From NCBI GenBank assembly GCA_038061635.1, contig JBBTYV010000089.1, positions 1 through 25,495 of the forward strand: a stretch of DNA of 25,495 nucleotides. The letters run 5' to 3'. The stretch comes from Patescibacteria group bacterium (GTDB lineage: Bacteria > Patescibacteriota > Saccharimonadia > Saccharimonadales > JAGQMS01). The translations under genes were made by a program, and so were the position numbers. The notes under the pieces were generated by a model. That model saw only the letters and a list, made by a program, of their open reading frames with translations. It did no database searches and was not told the DNA's origin. How positions within the stretch are numbered: the first letter of the stretch is position 1; each line of letters opens with the position of its first letter. Below, piece after piece: positions 1-7,451 of the stretch.

Positions 1-1
1 T

Positions 2-754
2 GGACCGCAAGGCTCAGGTAAGAAGAGCTTGCTTAACGCTGTTGCGGGAAAGTTAGGAGCGGTAAGACCGGAACAGCGGGTCTATGTCAGCGACGACGGG
101 CCGTCCATTAGCATTAATCAGGCTAGAAACATAAAATCTATATTGAGTCTACGACCTCTGGAAGGTAGTGTTTTGACGGTGATAATACCAGAATGTGAAA
201 AACTCACTACAGAGGCGCAAAACGCACTATTAAAACAACTTGAGGAACCCCCAGAAAATATTTACTTTTTGCTCAGCACACACGACAAAAGCGCCTTGCT
301 ACCTACCGTATTATCAAGAGTTAATGTAGTTTCTCTAAACCGAGTGTCGACTAAAGAAATTTCCGATTATTTTGAGGTGCAAGGGCACGAGTCATCGAAG
401 ATAAGGGCCTCTATTGGTTTGTCGGGCGGCAACATCGGTCTCGCACAGAGAATTCTAAACGGAGAGGCAGATGACTATAAGTCGGTAATTACAGAGGCCA
501 AACAAATACTCTCCGCTAGTATGTCCGATCGATTGCAATTAATCGATGGTTTAGCAAAGGACAAGTTAAAACTTAGAGCTACCCTAGATGCTCTAGAACG
601 CATACTTTATGCCGGCTTTAACAGTGCTAGAGAAAAGCGTACAAATGTAGAGATCTGGGCAAAAAAACTACAAGCTGTAGAAGAATCACTGGAAGCACTA
701 AGCAACAACGTCACCACTAGGCTAGTAACTTTACGCTTAATGTTACAATTATAA
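2..754 (+). CDS. holB: DNA polymerase III subunit delta' (clamp loader), 5'-truncated by the window
   Basis: Frame is open from nt 2 and reads GPQGSGKKSLL (Walker A) upstream of the ORF-track TTG. Has 'CEKLTTEAQNALLKQLEEPP' and 'LLPTVLSRV', typical of delta'. Confidence 0.88.
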   Translation, partial: GPQGSGKKSLLNAVAGKLGAVRPEQRVYVSDDGPSISINQARNIKSILSLRPLEGSVLTVIIPECEKLTTEAQNALLKQLEEPPENIYFLLSTHDKSALLPTVLSRVNVVSLNRVSTKEISDYFEVQGHESSKIRASIGLSGGNIGLAQRILNGEADDYKSVITEAKQILSASMSDRLQLIDGLAKDKLKLRATLDALERILYAGFNSAREKRTNVEIWAKKLQAVEESLEALSNNVTTRLVTLRLMLQL

Positions 755-757
755 GAT

Positions 758-1411
758 ATGTATGCCTTGATATTGGTGGTCTTACTTGCGGTTTTGGCTA
801 TTCGTGCCAGTCGAATTAATAGTGAGAGCCCGGATGACATTCCACATCTATTAGGCGACAAGCTTGGTCGACTTTGGAGTATTGCCCATGTTGGCTTAAA
901 AGAAAACAAGTTTTTGCGAGCCGAAAAGGCACTTTTAACAATTCTTCGAATAGATGAGAAGAACACTGCGGCCTATAACCGTTTAGGCATTCTTTATGCT
1001 AAGCAACGAGAGTATAAGGATGCGATTGATTGTTTTGAGATTGCTTCAAGTATAGAACCTAGCGCCTCAAGTCTGCATAACCTCGGTCTGATCTATTACG
1101 AGACTGGCAGTTACGAGAAGGCGATGAGTGCCTTCGAGATGGCTTTGGGGCTCGAGGATAGTCTGGCAGCTAGGCACATTGCCTACGCCAAAGTGCTTGA
1201 AAAGGTCGGTAACGACAAGAAGATGATCGAAGAACTAGAAAGGGCGGCCGAACTTGAACCAAACCGCGAGACATATGGGCTACTTCTTAGAGCTTTTGAA
1301 TCCCGAGACATGCCTGAGGAGGCTAAGGTCATTCAGAAGAAGCTGAATAACGTGATTGTACCGTCAGGTAAGACGCACCGTGTGCTACGTCCAAAACGCG
1401 TCATAATGTAG
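758..1411 (+). CDS. Membrane-anchored tetratricopeptide-repeat protein
   Basis: Hydrophobic N-terminal helix, then TPR-like units (AYNRLGILY...AIDCFEIA; LHNLGLIYY...AMSAFEMAL). Confidence 0.85.
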   Translation: MYALILVVLLAVLAIRASRINSESPDDIPHLLGDKLGRLWSIAHVGLKENKFLRAEKALLTILRIDEKNTAAYNRLGILYAKQREYKDAIDCFEIASSIEPSASSLHNLGLIYYETGSYEKAMSAFEMALGLEDSLAARHIAYAKVLEKVGNDKKMIEELERAAELEPNRETYGLLLRAFESRDMPEEAKVIQKKLNNVIVPSGKTHRVLRPKRVIM

Positions 1412-1500
1412 CCACGCATCCCACAGAATATTGATAAAGACCCCTGTTTTTGATACACTCACACTCGCATTAATCAGAACTTTTACAGTATAATTTAGTT

Positions 1501-1911
1501 ATGCTAACGTGTAAAAACTGCAGCTCAGCCGTCAAACCAAGCGGAAAACTGTATTGCTCCAATCAGTGTCAATTAGAAAATCAATATAGAGCGTATGTTG
1601 CTAGCTGGAAACAAGGAAAATCTAGAGGAGACAGAGGTGTAAGAACAAAAAACATCTCCAAGCACATACGAAAGTATCTTTTCGAGAAGTTTCACAAATC
1701 TTGTTCCTTGTGTGGTTGGAGTGAAGTAAATGCATTTACAGGTAATGTACCCCTAGAGGTAGATCATATTGACGGGAACTCGGAGAATAATCTTGAATCA
1801 AATCTTAGGTTAATTTGCCCAAATTGCCATTCACTTACTAATAGCTTCAGAAACCTAAACAAGGGTAAGGGTAGGGAGTGGAGACGAGCAAGATATATTA
1901 AATCTTTGTAG
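1501..1911 (+). CDS. HNH endonuclease with N-terminal Zn-binding motif
   Basis: CxxC...CxxxC at the N-terminus; CSLCG; LEVDHIDGNSENNLESNLRLICPNCH (HNH core). TATAAT at 1489-1494 lies 6 nt before the ATG. Confidence 0.88.
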   Translation: MLTCKNCSSAVKPSGKLYCSNQCQLENQYRAYVASWKQGKSRGDRGVRTKNISKHIRKYLFEKFHKSCSLCGWSEVNAFTGNVPLEVDHIDGNSENNLESNLRLICPNCHSLTNSFRNLNKGKGREWRRARYIKSL

Positions 1912-1915
1912 GCAT

Positions 1916-1992
1916 GCCGACTTAGCTCAGCTGGTTAGAGCGTCAGTTTTGTAAACTGAATGTCCGGGGTTCGAATCCCCGAGTCGGCTCCA
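1916..1992 (+). tRNA. tRNA-Thr(TGT)
   Basis: Acceptor GCCGACT/AGTCGGC, anticodon arm TCAGT-TTTGTAA-ACTGA, GGTTCGAATCC T-loop, encoded CCA. Confidence 0.97.
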
Positions 1993-2126
1993 TTAAACTT
2001 CGTTCTTCGAACTTCGCTTAACAAGTCAAACTAGTAAAGCTACGGAGGACAAGTATAAAATCAGCGTATTGCGAGATAACTGATTTTCAAGCAACATCGC
2101 TCGTGAGGTGGTGATTGTGAGGAACT

Positions 2127-2158
2127 AAAAAGAACCGTCAGAGATGGCGGTTCTTTTT
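2127..2158. terminator. Bidirectional intrinsic terminator between the convergent tRNAs
   Basis: AAAAAGAACCGTCA-gaga-TGGCGGTTCTTTTT, with a U-tract on both strands. One G-U wobble on + (a C/A mismatch on -). Abuts the tRNA-Tyr CCA end. Confidence 0.85.
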
Positions 2159-2243
2159 GGTGCAGGGTGTAGGATTCGAACCTACGAAGGCGTAAGCCAA
2201 TTGATTTACAGTCAATCGTGTTTGACCACTTCACTAACCCTGC
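2158..2243 (-). tRNA. tRNA-Tyr(GTA)
   Basis: Reverse complement: GCAGGGT/ACCCTGC acceptor, A73, ATTGA-CTGTAAA-TCAAT anticodon arm, long variable arm (GGC-TTAC-GCC), GGTTCGAATCC, CCA. No intron. Confidence 0.97.
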
Positions 2244-2625
2244 ATGCCGTCACATTATAGCGTTGATACTTCGGATGCTCAATCCAAATGTCATTTCTTG
2301 CTTTTACGTCTTTCCAGGGGATGAGGTAAGACTCGCCACGACCAGTGTAAATAAAAAGTAGGTCAAAGGCATCATCCAAGTACTTTTTAGCAGTAGAGTA
2401 ACTCTGATTTCCACCAGTGATACGCAATCCTACGTGGCACTGATCCTTCTTACTAGGGTAAATACCAGCGTACTTAACTTGCACTGTCTGCAATTTGTAA
2501 TTTTTTTCAACTACTAAATCGTAGTTTCGTTTATCTCCTATGGGCAAACACACCTCATACCTATTAATAGTGAAGAAATGTATTGCGTCAGCGACCGCAA
2601 TATCTCCCTTCTCTTTAGTAAGCAT
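2212..2625 (-). CDS. PD-(D/E)XK endonuclease of the group-I-intron-associated I-Ssp6803I type (PDDEXK_5-like), free-standing
   Basis: TKEKGDIA...LPIGDKRNYDLVV...TVQVK...FDLL..Y...YLIP follows the I-Ssp6803I pattern (recalled: TKLKGDIA, PLGDRLSYDLV, KVQVK). Start chosen at ATG 2625 because TGcTATAAT (2632-2640, -) ends 6 nt upstream. Confidence 0.82.
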   Translation of the reverse strand: MLTKEKGDIAVADAIHFFTINRYEVCLPIGDKRNYDLVVEKNYKLQTVQVKYAGIYPSKKDQCHVGLRITGGNQSYSTAKKYLDDAFDLLFIYTGRGESYLIPWKDVKARNDIWIEHPKYQRYNVTACRVSEVVKHD

Positions 2626-2709
2626 GAGCATATTATAGCAGAGTAGTATGCTGTTTGATAAATAACAGAAGATTTTGGTATTATGAGGTTCGGGCTGGCC
2701 AAAGGTTGG

Positions 2710-2731
2710 TCGAATCCTACACCCTACACCA
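2710..2731 (+). repeat. Inverted 22-nt copy of the tRNA-Tyr 3' end (T-loop to CCA)
   Basis: TCGAATCCTACACCCTACACCA versus tRNA-Tyr TCGAATCCTACACCCTGCACCA (reverse complement of 2158-2179): 21 of 22 identical, opposite strand. Confidence 0.9.
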
Positions 2732-2762
2732 AGCATAATCATTTTAGTGATAGTATAAATCC

Positions 2763-3455
2763 ATGAAAAAGGATCAAAAAGGTTTCGAAATACTGGCAGT
2801 GCTTTTATCTATATTAATTTTGGGAGTAGTTATTGGTGCCTGCTGGTATGTTGTAAGAGCAAGGACTAGAGATGCTTCCTCCCAAAGCACAGAGCAGCCG
2901 TCTTCAGAGACCGGTCAAATGACAGATCGGGAAGATTCAGCCTATGTTACTTACGACAAAAATCCAAACTTCACAATTTCATATCCGAAAGGTTGGAATA
3001 TAGAAACAGATAATGTAGATACTAACAACCAGTATATTTTCTTTAGTACAGCTAACTTCACTTCTAACGACAAAGTCTATGAGGATTCCTATGCTATCAG
3101 TCAAGGTTCACGGTTTTATGTTTACATTACAAACGATGGGCTTCCCGCGACGGTCAGTGGGTTGCTAGCCAATTTAAAGGACAGTATTAACAATCTGGCC
3201 AGTCTTTACGCAGCTGAGGGGCTGTACTTTCAAGAACCCAAGATCCTTGAAACTGCTAACGGAGTTAGCTATGTGAGCTTTGTTGGACATTCGTCTTTTA
3301 TAACGCCCATCAATAACTCGTCGAATGCTCTGTTTCTAACTAAAAAACACGGTGTAACACTGGGCTATACCTACCCTGACCGAACAGATACAATAGCAGA
3401 TCCAACTTATGCTAATGAATTCACACACTTTATTGAGTCTTTAAATCTTAAGTAG
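2763..3455 (+). CDS. Membrane-anchored/exported hypothetical protein, possible PsbP-like domain
   Basis: Basic N-terminus 'KKDQKG|FEILAVLL' plus TM helix, S/T/Q-rich linker, 'NFTISYPKGWNIE' motif. Confidence 0.7.
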   Translation: MKKDQKGFEILAVLLSILILGVVIGACWYVVRARTRDASSQSTEQPSSETGQMTDREDSAYVTYDKNPNFTISYPKGWNIETDNVDTNNQYIFFSTANFTSNDKVYEDSYAISQGSRFYVYITNDGLPATVSGLLANLKDSINNLASLYAAEGLYFQEPKILETANGVSYVSFVGHSSFITPINNSSNALFLTKKHGVTLGYTYPDRTDTIADPTYANEFTHFIESLNLK

Positions 3456-3560
3456 TTGCCCTCACGCCAAACAACAAATTAATTCTAACCACGCCTATGA
3501 TGCTGCACCAAAAGCCTTATGCTTGCAAGACCTCCTTTATGCGAAGATAATTAATCTATA

Positions 3561-4379
3561 GTGTCTAGTTTAGAATTCTCATATCGCCCTGTTCTTCAGG
3601 AGCTGACCGAAACGGTTAATGATTTCGAGTTAGATCCGTATGAAGCTTATTATTGGCTCTACGCTCGTCAGACAAGATTGAGTTTAGTACCAGATGCATA
3701 TTTGAGTTCCTCCATTACAAGTGGTGGGCATGCTCGTAATAATAGTTTGGAAATGCGGGAAGTTATAGCTCGTAACACAGAATCCGCACGCTTGCTCGCA
3801 GAACAACTAGCTGTAGACCAACAGATACGACCTGAGTCAGCCATAGAGCCTGTATTTATCTGTAAGACTCATTGGAACCAAGCAGAATTCATGGAGTTCT
3901 GGCTGAGCGTAATAAGTGGCTTTCAGTTCACCCATGGTTTTGTGGCGAGAGATGTTGATAATGTAAGAAATGCAGCCCATGAAGCGTTCGAAGAAGTGCG
4001 TCTCGACATTGGTCTTATGACTAGTCGAGCGACTGCAGAGGCCAGAGCCAGGGAGTACTTCAAGATGTCTAGCGCTTTTGCCGGTCTTATCAAAAAAGGT
4101 GTGAATGCTACACCGATTGCCAATATTATTAGAATGATTGATACGGACATGTCGCTAGGTTCGCAAACTGAGCGTGCCTTTGCACGTCAGATCGGCAGTA
4201 AAGTTATGAATATTTGCGTAGTTCAGCCAGCTAACCCAAGCCAACTTGAAAAAGTGAACCGTGTGCTAGCAGTGGATACAGAACAGTTAATTAGTTTTGG
4301 TGCCGTAATTTTTGATACTAGTAATAACAATGTTAGATTGATGCTTAGAGAAGAAGACTCTCAGCCAGCTGAAACATAA
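3561..4379 (+). CDS. Hypothetical protein, probable nucleoside 2-deoxyribosyltransferase/DNPH1-like fold
   Basis: YLSSSITSGG and SLGSQTERAFARQIG resemble the NDT/DNPH1 motifs (YFCGSIRGG; SLGVGYELGRA). GTG start uncertain. Confidence 0.55.
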   Translation: MSSLEFSYRPVLQELTETVNDFELDPYEAYYWLYARQTRLSLVPDAYLSSSITSGGHARNNSLEMREVIARNTESARLLAEQLAVDQQIRPESAIEPVFICKTHWNQAEFMEFWLSVISGFQFTHGFVARDVDNVRNAAHEAFEEVRLDIGLMTSRATAEARAREYFKMSSAFAGLIKKGVNATPIANIIRMIDTDMSLGSQTERAFARQIGSKVMNICVVQPANPSQLEKVNRVLAVDTEQLISFGAVIFDTSNNNVRLMLREEDSQPAET

Positions 4380-4398
4380 TTGATAGTTTCGTATCTTC

Positions 4399-4815
4399 TT
4401 AACCGTCCGTCCTAGTTAGTGCATCGGCCTCCTTAAGGGCGTCAACGGCGCTTACCAGATCATGCAAATACGCTAATCTGGTTTCTGAATCTAAAGGCTG
4501 TATTGCTGGAGGGAAAATAACAACTTCTCCCCCCAAAAAAGCCAATGAGCTTTTGTCTGCATCAACTTGCCCTGAAAAGATTTCATAACTGTAGCGAATA
4601 CTATCTGTATATCTAGCTTGTACAGCTCGCTCGACAAACACAGGTAAGCCATCAATACTCGTGTCTAAACGGCTTCTGCCAAATTCAAGCCAAAAGTCAT
4701 CACCAAACTCTTCCAATGTACTCTTAAGCTCTAGTCCTCTTAACTCTAACAAAGTCTTTGTTTCGTTATGAGCGTTCTTTATCTCGCCTAGCCTTCTAGT
4801 ATTAATTAAACTCAT
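4399..4815 (-). CDS. Hypothetical protein
   Basis: 138-aa ORF filling the gap between convergent genes; GGAG/GAGG upstream; no recognised motif. Confidence 0.7.
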   Translation of the reverse strand: MSLINTRRLGEIKNAHNETKTLLELRGLELKSTLEEFGDDFWLEFGRSRLDTSIDGLPVFVERAVQARYTDSIRYSYEIFSGQVDADKSSLAFLGGEVVIFPPAIQPLDSETRLAYLHDLVSAVDALKEADALTRTDG

Positions 4816-4928
4816 TCCTCACATCTCCTAGTCGAAGTTTATTACAGATACTATAGTCGTATTTCACTATTTCACAAGGTTATTTGATTTTGAGCGAATG
4901 TTTAGGGTTGGAAAGTCCAAATAACTCA

Positions 4929-5528
4929 TTATGACTTAAGGTAAAAAGGTACAGGATAGCGCGAGAAGCTCTTCAGTAGTCCTTTGCCGCGAATTAGTCG
5001 GCTGAGGCTTTCGGCCTCCCATTTAGCGCCATTTAGAGCGTGATGTGGGCGCGGTTCTTTTGGCAAACCACAAAACGGGTGAATAAAGTCGGTGTCCATA
5101 ACGCTCCAGCCATCTGTTAACGGCACAACTTTACGAAGTTCCTGCATTTTTGCATAAGCAATTGAGTGCAAGTCGATAGAGCGTTTATGTAGACGCATTC
5201 GAACACCGCACTGCAAAGCCTTCTTGTTTAAAAATGGCACATCAAAAGCAGCGATGTGCAACCCACCGATCATTTTTATAGATCGTGAATCGAGCCAGTC
5301 ATTAAAGGCAATTATTAAGTCGCGAGCACTTTGTTTGGTTTTGTCCTTAACTTCGTCATAAGAAAAGCCGTTTAGTTCAAGTGCCTCTGAGTCGACCTTT
5401 TCGCCCTCGCGGATATGGCATTCACCGTAAAATGTCTCCGAAGGATGTAAAAAATCAATAGCACCGATCGACAAAAGGCCGTGCTGTTCAGGGTCTAAGC
5501 CAGTCGTTTCAATATCCAGAACTATCAT
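4929..5528 (-). CDS. DEDDh-family 3'-5' exonuclease (DnaQ/RNase T-like)
   Basis: ExoI LDIETTGLD, ExoII AAFDVPFL, ExoIII variant HHALNGA. Confidence 0.85.
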   Translation of the reverse strand: MIVLDIETTGLDPEQHGLLSIGAIDFLHPSETFYGECHIREGEKVDSEALELNGFSYDEVKDKTKQSARDLIIAFNDWLDSRSIKMIGGLHIAAFDVPFLNKKALQCGVRMRLHKRSIDLHSIAYAKMQELRKVVPLTDGWSVMDTDFIHPFCGLPKEPRPHHALNGAKWEAESLSRLIRGKGLLKSFSRYPVPFYLKS

Positions 5529-5575
5529 GTAGTCATGTTAGCACGGCAACATAATGTTATAATTCTGGTTAGTAT

Positions 5576-7078
5576 ATGATGCTAAACAGGCAAAGTTCAC
5601 TGCTACTTCTTGGTTCATCTTTAGCCATCGGAATATCTACGGATGTTCTCTTTCAGCAAGATATATTTGGACTTAACTTTCTTCTTTGGACAGTGCTTTG
5701 GTCTGGCATACTTTCGGTTAGTTTATTTCGACGTAATAAACTAAATACACTAACAATTTCATACATTTTATTTGCAGTCGCAAACGCAATAATGGTTTAT
5801 GTGCGTGCTGAGCCCGTAGTGCAAGTCTGGTCTGTTCTATCCACACTTACGTTTATCGCACTGCTTTTTGCCACGTCTTATCTTGATAATTTTTTCGAAC
5901 TATCGTTTGTAAGGCGAGTTGTCGAATACATTGGTGGTTCAATCATTAGCTTTATTCAAATACTAGCTGCGATTGTCAAATCACTAAGCAGTAAGGTTGA
6001 GGGTAAGCAACGTAAGACATTGGCCATACCTGGAATAGTAGTTGGAACGGCACTGGTAGCTATTTTTATAGGTTTATTCTCGAGTTCAGACCAGGTATTT
6101 CGACAAAATTTTACTTGGCTTGGAGATGCTCTAGCACCTTTGGGCGACTGGTTCAACAATTTCAACCCCGGTCGACTATTTACTACAATGTTTTGGTCGT
6201 TCGTTGCGCTTGGCTGGTTAGGTATGGTTATTTCTCGCAATCGCGTGAATGACACCAGTGAAGTTAAGCTTCCTAGGTTACTGTCAGCAAGAGATACAAA
6301 AGTTATATTAGGGTCAGTTTGTGCAGTGTTCGCTGTTTTTGTGTTTGTACAGCTACGCTTCCTCTTCGGAGGTGCTACTCTGCCAGATGGAATTACCTAC
6401 GCCGACTATGCGCGTAGTGGCTATGGTCAGTTACTTTTGGCCACAGTTCTAGCTAGCGGAGTTGTGTATGTAACTAAAAACGCCACAAAAGACGGTGTGT
6501 CGAGGCAGTATAACTGGCTGCCTATCTTACTGCTAGTACTCAATGCAATGGTCGTTGTATCGGCCTGGAAGCGCTTGAGTCTGTACGAATCTGCCTACGG
6601 CTGGACAATGACAAGGTTTGTTGCGCGTATGGGGCTCGTTTGCATCATGGCCGGAATCTTCTACCTTAGAATTTGGATTAGCGGCAGTTTTACCAATAAG
6701 CGACTTTTTGCAATCAGCTGGTACACACTTGCCGTAGTTTTGCTCGGCGTAGCAATACTTAACCCAATCGGACTCATTACAAGGCGAAACATCGTCGACT
6801 TGCCAAGTCGCGAAACAGCACTTGATCTCACTTATATCTCTGAACTATCTGCTGATAGCTACGGTTCGGTTTGTAAATATGCACCATCACTCAAGACAAC
6901 CTATTCCGAAAATTATAAGAGTCTAGTTACAATTAGCCAGTTTTTTGATCGGACTAAGTTTTTAGATCAACAAAGTGTCCCTCTTAACGAGCAGTCGCTC
7001 TATAGGAACCATGGTCTTTCTGCTCACTATACTAGCTCCGAGTCCTTTGGCGACAAGTACTATAACTGTCTAAAATAA
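5576..7078 (+). CDS. DUF4153/DUF4173-like polytopic membrane protein
   Basis: About 12 hydrophobic segments; motifs FVQLRFLFGG, YADYARSGYGQL, RLSLYESAYGWTMTR. Confidence 0.8.
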   Translation: MMLNRQSSLLLLGSSLAIGISTDVLFQQDIFGLNFLLWTVLWSGILSVSLFRRNKLNTLTISYILFAVANAIMVYVRAEPVVQVWSVLSTLTFIALLFATSYLDNFFELSFVRRVVEYIGGSIISFIQILAAIVKSLSSKVEGKQRKTLAIPGIVVGTALVAIFIGLFSSSDQVFRQNFTWLGDALAPLGDWFNNFNPGRLFTTMFWSFVALGWLGMVISRNRVNDTSEVKLPRLLSARDTKVILGSVCAVFAVFVFVQLRFLFGGATLPDGITYADYARSGYGQLLLATVLASGVVYVTKNATKDGVSRQYNWLPILLLVLNAMVVVSAWKRLSLYESAYGWTMTRFVARMGLVCIMAGIFYLRIWISGSFTNKRLFAISWYTLAVVLLGVAILNPIGLITRRNIVDLPSRETALDLTYISELSADSYGSVCKYAPSLKTTYSENYKSLVTISQFFDRTKFLDQQSVPLNEQSLYRNHGLSAHYTSSESFGDKYYNCLK

Positions 7079-7108
7079 CCTTATGCGTGCTAGAATTGGC
7101 GTGCATAT

Positions 7109-7183
7109 GCCGACGTAGCTCAGTGGTAGAGCACCTCCATGGTAAGGAGGGGGTCACGAGTTCAACTCTCGTCGTCGGCTCCA
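7109..7183 (+). tRNA. tRNA-Thr(GGT)
   Basis: GCCGACG/CGTCGGC acceptor, CCTCC-ATGGTAA-GGAGG anticodon arm, GTTCAACTC T-loop, CCA. TGcTAGAAT promoter at 7088-7096. Confidence 0.96.
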
Positions 7184-7228
7184 TAATCTGTTGTAATTAT
7201 AATCTTAATCTGTTAAAATCGAGTGACT

Positions 7229-7435
7229 ATGGGACGAAAAAGCGAAAAACGAAAAATAGTAGCACTTGTCAGTTCGGCAAGTGGGCAACGCACGTATGTC
7301 ACTACTAAAAATCTTCAAAACACCCCTGATAAACTACGTCTTCGAAAGTATGATAAAACTACTCGAAAACATGAATGGTTCGAAGAAACCAAAAAAAGTC
7401 TAGGACGAAACGAAGTCAAAGACCGAAAAGGTTAA
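7229..7435 (+). CDS. rpmG: 50S ribosomal protein L33 (Zn-free type, C-terminal extension)
   Basis: RKIVALV...YVTTKN..NTPDKLRLRKYD....KHEWFEE; no Cys. Confidence 0.92.
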   Translation: MGRKSEKRKIVALVSSASGQRTYVTTKNLQNTPDKLRLRKYDKTTRKHEWFEETKKSLGRNEVKDRKG

Positions 7436-7451
7436 GTAGTAAAGGTTTAAG

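Noticed and set aside
2158-2243. Group I intron in tRNA-Tyr, suggested by the neighbouring nuclease family
   Set aside because: The cloverleaf is contiguous with an intact 7-nt anticodon loop.
2640-2731. A complete second tRNA or tRNA pseudogene on the + strand
   Set aside because: No 5' acceptor strand (GTAGGGT), D-arm or anticodon arm upstream of the 22-nt match.
2626-2742. 39-aa N-terminal extension of the PD-(D/E)XK ORF
   Set aside because: It spans the -10 box and the inverted tRNA fragment, and similarity to the family begins at MLTKEKG.
7087-7308. 73-aa ORF
   Set aside because: It runs across tRNA-Thr(GGT) and rpmG in another frame with no coding features. 17235-17471 is likewise antisense to tRNA-Trp.
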